DNA from: Idiomarina loihiensis L2TR | GTDB lineage: Bacteria > Pseudomonadota > Gammaproteobacteria > Enterobacterales > Alteromonadaceae | DNA: 32,000 nt | Direction of reading: 5' to 3' | Assembly (NCBI RefSeq): GCF_000008465.1 | Contig: NC_006512.1 | Location: 1,410,001 to 1,442,000 of the forward strand | Shown here: positions 9,692-19,653 of the stretch, one piece after another | Numbering within the stretch: the first letter of the stretch is position 1 | Layout of the letters: every line of letters begins with the position of its first letter | The notes under the pieces: generated by a model | Told to the model about the DNA's origin: nothing | Databases searched by the model: none | What the model saw: only the letters and a program-made list of their open reading frames with translations | Position numbers and translations under genes: made by a program

Positions 9692-11050
9692 TCAACCCGC
9701 GCCGTTGCGAGCTGCTTTTAATGATTCTGCGACTAAAAACGCTAATTCTAGCACTTGATCGGCATTCAGTCGTGGATCGCATTGAGTCCGGTAACGACTG
9801 GACAAATCTGCTTCACTTATACGGTAGGCACCGCCGGTACATTCTGTAACATCTTCACCGGTCATTTCCAGATGGATGCCCCCTGGGTAAGTGCCTTCAG
9901 CTTGATGAATCGCAAAGAAATGTCTTAATTCTTTATGTATGGCGTCAAAATTCCGGGTTTTCAAGCCATTATCAGCCTTAATCGTATTGCCATGCATGGG
10001 GTCACTTGACCAGACCACGTTACGACCTTCCTGTTTTACACGGCGCACTAACTCGGGCAATTTATTAGCCAGATTATCGGCGCCCATACGAGTAATTAAT
10101 GTTAAACGTCCGGGTTCGTTGTCAGGGTTCAATGCGTCAATTAACTGAATGAGCTCATCACCTGGCATGGTTGGGCCCACTTTTACTCCAACTGGGTTAT
10201 GAATGCCGCGCATAAACTCGACATGAGCTTGATCTAACTTACGAGTACGTTCACCAATCCAGACCATATGCGCTGAGCAGTCATACGGCAAACCGGTTAA
10301 TGTGTCAGTGCGGGTTAAAGCTTGTTCATAAGGCAATAACAATGCCTCATGCGAGGTGAATAGCGAAGTCTCGTGAATGGCCGCGTTATTCTCTGAGTTA
10401 ATGCCCAATACTTCCATAAAGCGCAGCGCCGACTGAATTTCTTCAGCTATTTTCTGGTAACGCTCTTTTAACGGATTAGAGGCAATAAAACTTAAGTTCC
10501 ATTTATGCACCTTGTGCAAGTTGGCCAGACCGCCCTGCGCAAATGCTCGCAACAAGTTCATGGTCGCTGCGGAGTGATGATAAGCTTTAATCATGCGTTC
10601 AGGGTCAGGTTGACGAGCCATTTCCTCAAACTCTGAGCCATTAATGATGTCACCACGGTAACTGGGCAGACTGAGATCGCCAATGGTTTCAAAGTCACTA
10701 GAGCGCGGCTTCGCATACTGCCCGGCCATGCGTGCAACTTTTGTCACCGGACAGGAGCCTGCAAACGTCATGACAATGGCCATCTGCAGAATGACCTTAA
10801 AAGTGTCACGAATTTTCGGTGCGTTGAAGTCACTAAACGACTCTGCACAATCGCCGCCCTGCAGCAGGAAACCTTCTCCTACGCAGACATTCTTTAACTG
10901 GTTTCTTAACGCTCGTATCTCTTCTGCGAACACCAGTGGCGGGAACTGACTCAGTTGCTGTTCTACTGCCTGCAACTGCGACGGATCTGAATACGTCGGT
11001 TGTTGTTCTATTGGCTTATCGCGCCAACTGCGCGCACTCCATTGGGCCAT
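9692..11050 (-). CDS. class II (plant/actinobacterial-type) 3-deoxy-7-phosphoheptulonate (DAHP) synthase
   Basis: 452 aa with [41 protein letters not shown] and GGIHLEMTG, the hallmark motifs of AroA-II enzymes. Confidence 0.9.
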   Translation of the reverse strand: MAQWSARSWRDKPIEQQPTYSDPSQLQAVEQQLSQFPPLVFAEEIRALRNQLKNVCVGEGFLLQGGDCAESFSDFNAPKIRDTFKVILQMAIVMTFAGSCPVTKVARMAGQYAKPRSSDFETIGDLSLPSYRGDIINGSEFEEMARQPDPERMIKAYHHSAATMNLLRAFAQGGLANLHKVHKWNLSFIASNPLKERYQKIAEEIQSALRFMEVLGINSENNAAIHETSLFTSHEALLLPYEQALTRTDTLTGLPYDCSAHMVWIGERTRKLDQAHVEFMRGIHNPVGVKVGPTMPGDELIQLIDALNPDNEPGRLTLITRMGADNLANKLPELVRRVKQEGRNVVWSSDPMHGNTIKADNGLKTRNFDAIHKELRHFFAIHQAEGTYPGGIHLEMTGEDVTECTGGAYRISEADLSSRYRTQCDPRLNADQVLELAFLVAESLKAARNGAG

Positions 11051-11122
11051 AACAAAAATTTATCCGCTTTATCGGTGAGTAAGAGTTAAGAATGTACCTC
11101 TGTATCCCTTGAAAAGCAACGA

Positions 11123-11986
11123 CTAACGCCGTTGCTCAAGAGCATGAATTCGTTCTTCTAAAGGCGGGTGACTCATAAACAATTTCGACATAGTTGAGCG
11201 TTTTCCTTTAATACCAAACGCCAGCATAGTGCCATCGAGTTCCGACTCTTTGCCTTGCTGTAAGCGACGTAAAGCAGCAATCATTTTTTGTTTACCAACT
11301 AAATCTGCGGACCCGGCATCTGCTCTGAACTCACGCTGACGAGAGAACCACATAACAATAGTGCTGGCTAAGACGCCAAATACGATTTCCAGCAACATCA
11401 CGACACCATAATAGGCGAACCCACCACCCCGCTGGTTATCACCGCCCCGCATTATCGCGCTGGCAATGATCCGCGCAAAAAACATGACAAACGTATTTAT
11501 CACGCCCTGGATTAAGGTCAGCGTCACCATATCGCCATTAGCAATATGACTCATTTCATGTGCAAGAACCGCCTCAACTTCGTCAGCATTCATGCTTTGT
11601 AATAGTCCGGTACTGACCGCAACCAATGAAGCATTTTTACTGCGCCCGGTAGCAAAAGCGTTAGGCTCCGGTGATTGATAAACCGCGACCTGAGGCATAG
11701 GAACCCCTGCTTTTTGCGCCTGTTGCTGAACGGTACGGAACAACCATTCTTCAGACTGGTTCTGTGGTTTTTCTATGACTCTGGCTCCGGTTGAACGAAT
11801 TGCCATCCAGCGTGATATCCAGAGCGATACAAACGCACCACCAAAACCAAACAGTGCACAGAACACCAGTAAACCCACTGACCCTTGTGCATCAATGCCG
11901 GTTACCGCCATCACAATATTAAAGACCACGCTAACAACCAGCAGAATGGCCATGTTAGTCGCTAAAAACAGCAAAACTCTCTTCAT
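11123..11986 (-). CDS. htpX: membrane zinc metalloprotease HtpX (M48)
   Basis: 287 aa with N-terminal TM helices, [10 protein letters not shown] (HExxH) and the C-terminal SHPPLEERI motif. GGAG SD 8 nt upstream. Confidence 0.92.
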   Translation of the reverse strand: MKRVLLFLATNMAILLVVSVVFNIVMAVTGIDAQGSVGLLVFCALFGFGGAFVSLWISRWMAIRSTGARVIEKPQNQSEEWLFRTVQQQAQKAGVPMPQVAVYQSPEPNAFATGRSKNASLVAVSTGLLQSMNADEVEAVLAHEMSHIANGDMVTLTLIQGVINTFVMFFARIIASAIMRGGDNQRGGGFAYYGVVMLLEIVFGVLASTIVMWFSRQREFRADAGSADLVGKQKMIAALRRLQQGKESELDGTMLAFGIKGKRSTMSKLFMSHPPLEERIHALEQRR

Positions 11987-12020
11987 TGCTCGTACTCCGG
12001 GGAACTTAGTCTGCTAAGTT

Positions 12021-12047
12021 ATGTGGGGGTATTTAGTCGTATTTCAA
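12021..12047 (-). promoter_or_regulatory. sigma-32 (heat-shock) type promoter for htpX
   Basis: The minus strand reads TTGAAA-N13-CCCCACAT, against the consensus CTTGAAA-N13/14-CCCCATNT. It is about 35 nt upstream of the htpX ATG. E. coli htpX is a heat-shock gene. Confidence 0.5.
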
Positions 12048-12049
12048 TC

Positions 12050-12718
12050 TTACTTATGGAAATAAATGCTCAAATCTTCCTCTGTCCAGCCTGGCAAATA
12101 AGGAATACTAGCGAGCTCTTTTTCGTCCAGCAACTCACGTAAAGACGCCAGGTTCTCGGCCTGTCGCGGCATCGGCTCCGGCCCGGTTTGCACGGCAATC
12201 CAACCTGCAACATCGCAACCTTCCTGCTTTATTGATTGCAGGCTAAGCAACGCATGGTTCAGGCAACCCAGTTTTAACCCGACCACCAGCACAACTTTCG
12301 CATTAACCTCCTTTACCACTTGCGGCATACGCAGTCCGGAAGCCAGAGGTAACTGCCAGCCACCGGCACCTTCAATCACTAAACTGTCTATTGGCCGCTC
12401 ATGAAACCAGTCTACCGCTTTCAACAGGCGTTCTTTGTCTATGACCACGCCACTGTCTGCTGCCGCAATATGAGGCGCAATTGCGGCTTCAAAGGTATAA
12501 GGATTAACTCTATCGTAATCAAAGGAAGTATTAGACTGACGCATTAAATTCAGTGCATCTTCATTCACCAACTGCCCGTTTTGCCAATGACAACCGGATG
12601 CAACTGGCTTCATTACCGCAACTTGTTGCGACTGCTTTACTAAGTATTGAACAAAAGCACATGCTGCAACGGTTTTTCCTGCGTCAGTGTCTGTTCCGGC
12701 AATAAAATAAGTGTTCAT
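12050..12718 (-). CDS. bioD: dethiobiotin synthetase
   Basis: 222 aa with the GTDTDAGKT P-loop; last gene of the bioBFCD run. Confidence 0.9.
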   Translation of the reverse strand: MNTYFIAGTDTDAGKTVAACAFVQYLVKQSQQVAVMKPVASGCHWQNGQLVNEDALNLMRQSNTSFDYDRVNPYTFEAAIAPHIAAADSGVVIDKERLLKAVDWFHERPIDSLVIEGAGGWQLPLASGLRMPQVVKEVNAKVVLVVGLKLGCLNHALLSLQSIKQEGCDVAGWIAVQTGPEPMPRQAENLASLRELLDEKELASIPYLPGWTEEDLSIYFHK

Positions 12719-12736
12719 ATCAACTTAAACTCAATG

Positions 12737-13504
12737 CTACTTAACTAATTTAATATTAAGAATTGACCATTCAAGTGGCAATCCCTGCAAAGTTCTATGA
12801 TTTTCGAAGGCATTTTCCAACTGCTGTAAGCGGTTGCGCGTCATCAGTCCGGCGTTATCAGTTCGCCTCACATAGTTGGCACCAACTCCCTTAATACTGC
12901 CTATAAGTTCACGGACACTGGCAAAATACTGGGTGTGTTCTTCTGTCACGAATTCTGAGTGACGCCAGTTAACTGAGTCGACTTCATTCTGCACCCTCTC
13001 TGCAGATTTAAAGCGGTGCGTATGTTGCAAATCGTCCACTTCATTCCAGCTTTTTGTGAAAGAGTTGAAAGTGCCCTCAATAACGGTATTAACGGTTACA
13101 ACCCCACCCGGCTTTAAAACTCGATAAGCTTCACTCATCGCATTTTGCAAATTATCGACCCATTGCATAGACAAATTAGCGAAAAGCCAGTCGACTGAAT
13201 TGTCAGCTACTGGCAAAGCTTCCCACTCGCCATTAAGCCAACTCAGTTCCGGATAATCAGCGGCAGCTTTAGACAACATAGCCGGAGCAATATCAACACC
13301 AAGGTAATGATTCGCACGGAGTAATAGGTCTGCTGTCGTTGACGCGGGGCCACAGCCAACGTCAAGCGCCTGATTCACATTAGCCGGCCCGAGGCTTAAT
13401 AGCCGGTTGGCTGTTAAGCGCTGAATACTTGCGTGCTGGTGATAGTCTTTTGCCGCCTTATTGAACTGCCGCGCTACCGCCTGTTGAAAATTCAATGGTT
13501 TCAT
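12737..13504 (-). CDS. bioC: malonyl-ACP O-methyltransferase
   Basis: 255 aa with SAM-MTase motif I ALDVGCGPA; positioned between bioF and bioD. Confidence 0.85.
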   Translation of the reverse strand: MKPLNFQQAVARQFNKAAKDYHQHASIQRLTANRLLSLGPANVNQALDVGCGPASTTADLLLRANHYLGVDIAPAMLSKAAADYPELSWLNGEWEALPVADNSVDWLFANLSMQWVDNLQNAMSEAYRVLKPGGVVTVNTVIEGTFNSFTKSWNEVDDLQHTHRFKSAERVQNEVDSVNWRHSEFVTEEHTQYFASVRELIGSIKGVGANYVRRTDNAGLMTRNRLQQLENAFENHRTLQGLPLEWSILNIKLVK

Positions 13505-13528
13505 AGCGGAAACTTCATAACGGAGGTT

Positions 13529-14659
13529 TCATAACTGGCTAAGAATCCTATCTACCCGACTCCAAAATTGAGCAAGTTCGGGCTTCGACATTTCTGACGT
13601 TAAGCTAAAGCGGATACGGGAGCTTCCCGCAGGAACCGTTGGCGGGCGAATGACGCTACATAAATACCCTTGAGCCTGTAATTCTGTTGCCATGTTTAGC
13701 GCGTCTTCATCGGAGTTAAATAACCAGGTTTGTATGGCGGAGTTTGATTCTATCGTTTTTAAACCGCGCTGTTTCAGCTGTTCCCGAAAATACTGAATGC
13801 GCTCAGCAAGTCTTCCGCGGCGGTCATCGCCTTCTGCGCTGCGTACAATTTCTACAGAGGCTTTTATTGCAGCGGCCTGAGCCGGCGGCATAGCAGTGGA
13901 ATAAATATAATCACGGCAAAACTGAATTAAACTTTCAATTTCATCATCATCGGCACAAACAAAGGCTCCACCGACGCCCAACGCTTTACCAAAGGTGCCG
14001 GTTATCACATCGGCAACAGCGGAGTCCGCAACTAATGAGCCTTTCCCCTCAGCGCCATACGCGGCTATTCCATGCGCATCGTCAAGCATAATTTTGAGGC
14101 CATACCTCTGCTTTAAATAAGCCAGGTGGTTTAAATCACAGACGTCGCCGTCCATGCTAAAAACGCCCTCAGTCACTAACCAGTCGCCGGGCGATGCTTT
14201 ACCAATCAAAGGTTCCGGCTGATTATGCGGGAACCGCTTAAAACGCCCTTCACCGTGCTGCATACCGTCAATAATTGAGGCATGAACCAATTTGTCGGCG
14301 AACAGCTTTTGTTGTTTATCGACCAGGGTTGTCAGCACACCATGATTTGCCGCGAAACCTGAATTAAACAGCAAAGCTCTGGGTTTATTCATCCACTCGG
14401 CCAGCAACTCTTCCAGTTCCTGATGAACTTTACTATAACCGCTGAGTAACGGTGAGCCAGTACTGCCAACACCCCAGGTATCAATAGCTTGCTTAAATGC
14501 ACGCTTTATATCCGGATGCTGGCTTAAGCCGAGGTAATCATTGGTACTGAAATCCAATTGCCAATGAGCGTCGGAGCTACGTACCTTTCGCGAGCGAAAC
14601 AGCGAAGAGTCTTTACGCTCATTAAGCCGCTGCTCATACCCCAACACGATTTTCTCCAC
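13529..14659 (-). CDS. bioF: 8-amino-7-oxononanoate synthase
   Basis: 376 aa alpha-oxoamine synthase with NDYLGL, DDAHG and the PLP-Lys motif GTFGKALG. Confidence 0.9.
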   Translation of the reverse strand: MEKIVLGYEQRLNERKDSSLFRSRKVRSSDAHWQLDFSTNDYLGLSQHPDIKRAFKQAIDTWGVGSTGSPLLSGYSKVHQELEELLAEWMNKPRALLFNSGFAANHGVLTTLVDKQQKLFADKLVHASIIDGMQHGEGRFKRFPHNQPEPLIGKASPGDWLVTEGVFSMDGDVCDLNHLAYLKQRYGLKIMLDDAHGIAAYGAEGKGSLVADSAVADVITGTFGKALGVGGAFVCADDDEIESLIQFCRDYIYSTAMPPAQAAAIKASVEIVRSAEGDDRRGRLAERIQYFREQLKQRGLKTIESNSAIQTWLFNSDEDALNMATELQAQGYLCSVIRPPTVPAGSSRIRFSLTSEMSKPELAQFWSRVDRILSQL

Positions 14660-14683
14660 TCTTTATTCTCTGCCTATTCTCTA

Positions 14684-15721
14684 TTAAGACGCGTCGTAGT
14701 ATCGAACAGGGTTTTGCTGTTCTTTAATCGCATCTTCAATAACCGCGGTGTGAACTTCATCATCATAGCCGTCGCGCTGTTCAGGCTTAATGCCCAGACG
14801 CTCGAATAAACGTAAATCGGCATCTGCTTCAGGGTTCGCTGTGGTCAGCAGTTTTTCACCATAGAAGATTGAGTTAGCACCGGCGAGAAAGCACAACGCC
14901 TGCATTTCATCGTTCATGTCTTCACGGCCGGCGGACAAACGTACATGCGAAGCTGGCATTAAAATACGGGCTACGGCAACGGTACGCACAAATTCAAAGT
15001 TATCCAAGTCTTCCAGTTTGGCAAAAGGCGTGCCTTCTACTTTAACCAGCATATTAATCGGTACGCTTTCCGGGTGCTTAGGCAGATTCGCCAACTGCAC
15101 TAATAAAGAGGCACGGTCGGTGACGCTCTCGCCCATACCAACAATGCCTCCGGCACAGACTTTCATACCTGCGTCTCGCACATTATTCAGCGTATTAAGG
15201 CGATCCTGATAAGTTCGGGTGGTAATGATGTCACCGTAGAATTCCGGAGAGGTATCGAGGTTGTGGTTGTAATAATCAAGGCCGGCCTGCTGCAGCATTT
15301 TTGCCTGTTCATTACTTAACATGCCAAGTGTCATACAGCTTTCCAAACCCAATGCTTTCACGCCTTTGATCATTTCAATGACGTAAGGCATATCGCGGTC
15401 TTTCGGATTACGCCAGGCGGCGCCCATGCAAAAACGGCTCGCGCCCTTCTCTTTCGCTGCCTGTGCTTCAGCCAGCACACTTTCAACTGCCATCAGGCGC
15501 TCGCGATCCAACCCGGTGTGATAATGGGCGCTCTGAGGGCAATACTTACAGTCTTCGGGGCAGGCACCGGTTTTAATCGACAACAAGGTACTGACCTGAA
15601 CTTCGTTCGGGTTAAAGTGCTGACGATGCACTGTTTGTGCTTCGAAAACTAAATCGTTCAACGGCATCTGCAAAAGATTCTGAACTTCTTCAATGGTCCA
15701 GTCGTTACGAATTTGTGGCAT
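14684..15721 (-). CDS. bioB: biotin synthase (radical SAM)
   Basis: 345 aa with [11 protein letters not shown] (CxxxCxxC), YNHNLDTS and [11 protein letters not shown]. Confidence 0.95.
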   Translation of the reverse strand: MPQIRNDWTIEEVQNLLQMPLNDLVFEAQTVHRQHFNPNEVQVSTLLSIKTGACPEDCKYCPQSAHYHTGLDRERLMAVESVLAEAQAAKEKGASRFCMGAAWRNPKDRDMPYVIEMIKGVKALGLESCMTLGMLSNEQAKMLQQAGLDYYNHNLDTSPEFYGDIITTRTYQDRLNTLNNVRDAGMKVCAGGIVGMGESVTDRASLLVQLANLPKHPESVPINMLVKVEGTPFAKLEDLDNFEFVRTVAVARILMPASHVRLSAGREDMNDEMQALCFLAGANSIFYGEKLLTTANPEADADLRLFERLGIKPEQRDGYDDEVHTAVIEDAIKEQQNPVRYYDAS

Positions 15722-15757
15722 GGTAAATCTCGTGTGCTTGGCAAATTATGGTCGACT

Positions 15758-15811
15758 AGAATAATCCAGCTCGATACACTGTCAATATACTTTCAGTTTA
15801 ATACTTTACAA
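15758..15811. promoter_or_regulatory. divergent bioB/bioA control region: probable bioB promoter plus a candidate (degenerate) BirA operator
   Basis: The minus strand has TTGACA (15785-15780)-N16-TATTCT (15763-15758), and the plus strand has TATACT (15786-15791). A 33-bp imperfect inverted repeat CTGTCAATA..N..ACTTTACAA (15779-15811) matches E. coli bioO half-sites (TTGTAAACC) at 5/9 and 7/9 positions, with similar spacing, and overlaps the -35 element. Confidence 0.35.
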
Positions 15812-15822
15812 TAGTTTAATTT

Positions 15823-17118
15823 ATGAGCAAAAGCGATATTGAGTTTGATCGACAGCACATTTGGCACCCATATACCTCTATGCTGAACCCCTTACCTGCT
15901 TATAAAGTTGAGTCAGCAAAAGGTTGCAGATTAACTCTGGATACCGGCCATGAGGTGGTTGATGGCATGTCTTCCTGGTGGGCTGTTATTCACGGATACC
16001 GCAATCCACGCTTAGATGCCGTTGCTCACCGTCAGATAGATAAAATGAGCCACGTTATGTTTGGCGGTATCACGCATCAACCCGCGATTGATCTTGCTCG
16101 ACGTCTTATTGAACTGACTCCTGAGCCTCTACAACGAGTATTTATTGCCGATTCAGGCTCTGTCAGCGTTGAAGTTGCCATAAAAATGGCCTTGCAGTTC
16201 TGGCTGGCGCAAGAACGTCCGGAGAAGCACCGACTACTAACCATAAAAGGCGGCTACCACGGCGACACGTTTAAAGCGATGTCGGTTTGCGACCCGGTCA
16301 ACGGCATGCACCATCTTTTTAACAGAGCTATTAACTCCCAGCTTTTTGCTGAAGCCCCCAGGCTAACCCCTGACGATGACTGGGCAGAGACTGCTGGTGA
16401 CGAACTCAGACACTGGTTCGAGCAACACCACCATGAGTTGGCGGCGGTTATTCTTGAACCTGTTGTTCAGGGAGCCGGTGGTATGCGTTTTTATCACCCT
16501 GAATACCTAAGGCTAATACGCCAGCTTTGCGACGATTTTGACGTATTACTGATAGCGGATGAAATTGCAACAGGGTTTGGTCGTACCGGCAAGTTATTCG
16601 CCTGTGAACACGCTGGAATTACGCCTGATGTTCTCTGCGTTGGTAAAGCTCTGACCGGTGGTTACATGACGCTGGCAGCCACGCTAACCACGAAACAGGT
16701 AGCAGAAACCATTGGTCACGGCCCCGGCGGAGGCGCATTAATGCACGGCCCTACTTTTATGGGGAATCCTTTAGCCTGCGCGGTTGCAGCTGAGTCACTG
16801 GCGATTATTGCTGAGGGTAAGTGGCAGCAACAGGTTGCTGAAATCGAAGCTCAGTTAAAGCAGCAACTTCTTCCCCTGGCTGAATGTGATGCAGTAAAAG
16901 ACGCACGAGTTTTTGGGGCTATTGGCGTATTAGAAATGCACCACCCCATTGATGTTGCCATTGCGCAGAAGCGTTTTGTTGAATTAGGGGTATGGATACG
17001 CCCGTTCGGACGCTTACTTTATATTATGCCGCCTTATGTTATTTCTACGAACGAGCTCAGCCGTTTAACCGTTGCCATGAAAGACTACGTTGAAACTCAG
17101 AGCTCTATTAAGGCTTAA
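15823..17118 (+). CDS. bioA: adenosylmethionine-8-amino-7-oxononanoate aminotransferase
   Basis: 431 aa, collinear with E. coli BioA as recalled (HIWHPYTSM, DGMSSWW, ADEIATGFGRTGKLFACEH, GKALTGGYM). Confidence 0.95.
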   Translation: MSKSDIEFDRQHIWHPYTSMLNPLPAYKVESAKGCRLTLDTGHEVVDGMSSWWAVIHGYRNPRLDAVAHRQIDKMSHVMFGGITHQPAIDLARRLIELTPEPLQRVFIADSGSVSVEVAIKMALQFWLAQERPEKHRLLTIKGGYHGDTFKAMSVCDPVNGMHHLFNRAINSQLFAEAPRLTPDDDWAETAGDELRHWFEQHHHELAAVILEPVVQGAGGMRFYHPEYLRLIRQLCDDFDVLLIADEIATGFGRTGKLFACEHAGITPDVLCVGKALTGGYMTLAATLTTKQVAETIGHGPGGGALMHGPTFMGNPLACAVAAESLAIIAEGKWQQQVAEIEAQLKQQLLPLAECDAVKDARVFGAIGVLEMHHPIDVAIAQKRFVELGVWIRPFGRLLYIMPPYVISTNELSRLTVAMKDYVETQSSIKA

Positions 17119-17474
17119 TAACCAAAGAAATAAACCGACAAGCCACCCAAACAACTCATGATCAGTATCAGGATATTGATCCACAAATGCTGTTTGTCCT
17201 TGCGGAAAAGAACATAATTAAGAACAAAGCTGAGCAGACTCACACAAAGGCCAATAACTAAAAGAATAACGAATAAGTCACCTAATGTGATGAGCCAGTC
17301 TTCGCGAACAGGAATACCAAAAATTTCAGTCAAAATGGTATCGCGCTCAGGTTTTGCATAATTGAAAACGATAGCGGCAACGACAAAGATAAACCAGCCG
17401 AAAATAGACAGCCATCCCAGAACACGGGACCAAAATGGTACCTGCTTTAAATCCGCTAAGGATCCCCTTTTCAT
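17115..17474 (-). CDS. small integral membrane protein (about 3 TM helices), unknown function
   Basis: 119-aa ORF with GAGAG 8 nt upstream of the ATG and three long hydrophobic segments. No family recognised. The only support is ORF length, hydrophobicity pattern and the way it fills the gap between bioA and asnS. Confidence 0.5.
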   Translation of the reverse strand: MKRGSLADLKQVPFWSRVLGWLSIFGWFIFVVAAIVFNYAKPERDTILTEIFGIPVREDWLITLGDLFVILLVIGLCVSLLSFVLNYVLFRKDKQHLWINILILIMSCLGGLSVYFFGY

Positions 17475-17581
17475 AATTTTTCTCTCGGTTATCAGGGGTT
17501 ATACTTGAGTCTGCGCCAAAGCGCGGTAACATAGCAACCTTTCTATAGCAAAATAGTGTAAATTTCGGAGAAAACCAACTC

Positions 17582-18982
17582 ATGTCGTATGCTTCTGTAG
17601 TGGATGTTCTGACGGGAAAAGTCGCTGTCGATGAGACCGTCACAGTCCGGGGCTGGGTACGCACCCGCCGTGACTCGAAAGCCGGTATTTCATTTATTAA
17701 CTTGCACGATGGCTCATGCTTTGATGCCATTCAGGCCGTGGTTCCGGCAGAACTTCCCAATTACAGTAATGAAGTGCAGAAACTGACGACCGGTTGTTCT
17801 GTAGCTATTACCGGTGTTGTTGTCCCTTCTCAGGGCAAAGGTCAGTCATTTGAACTGCAGGCAACCAAAGTTCATGTATATGGCTGGGTGGAAGATCCCG
17901 ATACCTACCCTATGGCTCCTAAACGTCATAGCATGGAATACTTACGTGAATACGCGCATTTGCGTCCGCGTACCAACATTACCGGTGCGGTCATGCGTGT
18001 TCGTAATGCGTTATCTCAGGCTATTCATCGCTTCTTCCATGAGGAAGGTTATTTGTGGGTGAGTACACCAATCATCACGACTTCCGATTGTGAAGGTGCC
18101 GGTGAGATGTTCCGTGTTTCAACACTGGACATGCTGAATATCCCGAAAACAGATAAAGGCGAAGTCGACTACTCTGAAGACTTTTTCGGTAAAGAAGCGT
18201 TTTTAACGGTGTCGGGTCAGCTGAACGTAGAGTCTTACGCTTGCTCTTTATCTAAAGTTTATACATTCGGCCCAACCTTCCGTGCTGAAAACTCGAACAC
18301 CAGCCGTCACTTGTCTGAATTCTGGATGGTAGAACCCGAGCTGGCGTTTGCAACTTTAGATGATGTTGCCGGCTTAGCCGAAGCCATGCTTAAGTATGTG
18401 TTTAAAGCCGTTCTGGAAGAGCGCCCGGACGACATGGCGTTCTTTGCCGAACGCATTAACTCTGACGCTATCAGCCGTTTAGAAGCCATTGTAAATAATG
18501 ACTTTGTGCACATGGATTACACCGACGCCATTGAGATACTGAAGAACTGCGATAGAAAATTCGAATACGCGGTTGAATGGGGTGTGGATTTACAATCAGA
18601 GCACGAGCGTTATTTAGCTGAAGAACATGTCGGCGCACCAATTATTCTGAAAAACTATCCGCGCGATATTAAAGCCTTTTACATGCGCCAGAACGAAGAT
18701 GGCAAAACCGTTGCCGCTATGGACGTTTTAGCGCCGGGTATTGGGGAAATTATCGGTGGTTCCGCCCGTGAAGAACGTTTAGACATTCTTGACCAGCGAA
18801 TTGACGAAATGAACCTGCCAAAAGAAGAATACGGCTTCTACCGCGATTTGCGTCGTTACGGTACCGTTCCTCACGCCGGTTTTGGCCTGGGTTTTGAGCG
18901 CTTAGTGGCTTATGTCACCGGCGTACAAAATATTCGTGACGTTATACCTTTCCCACGGGCTCCGAAAAGTGCCGAATTTTAA
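17582..18982 (+). CDS. asnS: asparagine--tRNA ligase
   Basis: 466 aa class IIb aaRS with [21 protein letters not shown] (motif 2) and GFGLGFERL (motif 3). Same length as E. coli AsnS. Confidence 0.95.
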   Translation: MSYASVVDVLTGKVAVDETVTVRGWVRTRRDSKAGISFINLHDGSCFDAIQAVVPAELPNYSNEVQKLTTGCSVAITGVVVPSQGKGQSFELQATKVHVYGWVEDPDTYPMAPKRHSMEYLREYAHLRPRTNITGAVMRVRNALSQAIHRFFHEEGYLWVSTPIITTSDCEGAGEMFRVSTLDMLNIPKTDKGEVDYSEDFFGKEAFLTVSGQLNVESYACSLSKVYTFGPTFRAENSNTSRHLSEFWMVEPELAFATLDDVAGLAEAMLKYVFKAVLEERPDDMAFFAERINSDAISRLEAIVNNDFVHMDYTDAIEILKNCDRKFEYAVEWGVDLQSEHERYLAEEHVGAPIILKNYPRDIKAFYMRQNEDGKTVAAMDVLAPGIGEIIGGSAREERLDILDQRIDEMNLPKEEYGFYRDLRRYGTVPHAGFGLGFERLVAYVTGVQNIRDVIPFPRAPKSAEF

Positions 18983-19545
18983 TCCAGCACTAAGTCATTA
19001 CCGTTCATAAAAAACGGTGATGAATCTTTCTGAGGCTTTATTGGCGTAGGGACTGCAGGTGTCCCTACGTACAGAAAGCCGACAATGGCGTCGTCCACAG
19101 ACAATCCCAACTGCTCCTTGATAAAGTCGTCCTCGGCCATCCATCCGGTACGCCAAATAGCACCTATACCTTGTGCAAAGGCCGCTTGCTGCATGCCGTG
19201 AGTGGCACAGGCAACCGTACACAGTTGCTCATCACGGGGGACTTTCGGGTGCTCCTGAAAACGCAGACAAGAAACAATTATCGTTGGGGCCCGAAATGGC
19301 AGCTGCCCAGCCTGCTCTATGACCGTTTCTGAAAAGTCGCTAAGACGCGCAGCCTGCTGGTAGATATCCGCCAGAACCTGCCTCTCTTTTCCCTGAAACT
19401 GAATAAACTGATATGGCGTTAGTCCCATATGATCAGGCGCACGAACAGCTGCGGCCTTAATTAACTCCAGTTGCTCTATAGTAGGACCGGGTTCACTCAA
19501 ACGCGGCATGGAGGAACGGCTGGTTAATAACTCTTCGGCATTCAT
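18979..19545 (-). CDS. ydjA: NAD(P)H nitroreductase, YdjA family
   Basis: 188 aa, collinear with E. coli YdjA as recalled (LL.SRSS..L.EP.PT.EQL, RAPDH, FRAP.II, GFLY.GTP). Divergent from sppA as in E. coli. Confidence 0.8.
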   Translation of the reverse strand: MNAEELLTSRSSMPRLSEPGPTIEQLELIKAAAVRAPDHMGLTPYQFIQFQGKERQVLADIYQQAARLSDFSETVIEQAGQLPFRAPTIIVSCLRFQEHPKVPRDEQLCTVACATHGMQQAAFAQGIGAIWRTGWMAEDDFIKEQLGLSVDDAIVGFLYVGTPAVPTPIKPQKDSSPFFMNGNDLVLD

Positions 19546-19653
19546 ACTTCACCTTATTCAATGTGTAATGGTTAGTTACATTCTCTGACTGGTCTGTTAC
19601 TCGCACATTCGATATGCTAAGGCCTGTTTTTATTAGCTAATGAGAATTTAAAT

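Noticed and set aside
19575-19600. An imperfect inverted repeat (AATGTGTAA..TTACATT) in the ydjA/sppA divergent spacer could be a regulator binding site.
   Set aside because: The repeat is short and bulged, lies in an AT-rich spacer, and matches no regulator consensus I know. It cannot be distinguished from chance by eye.
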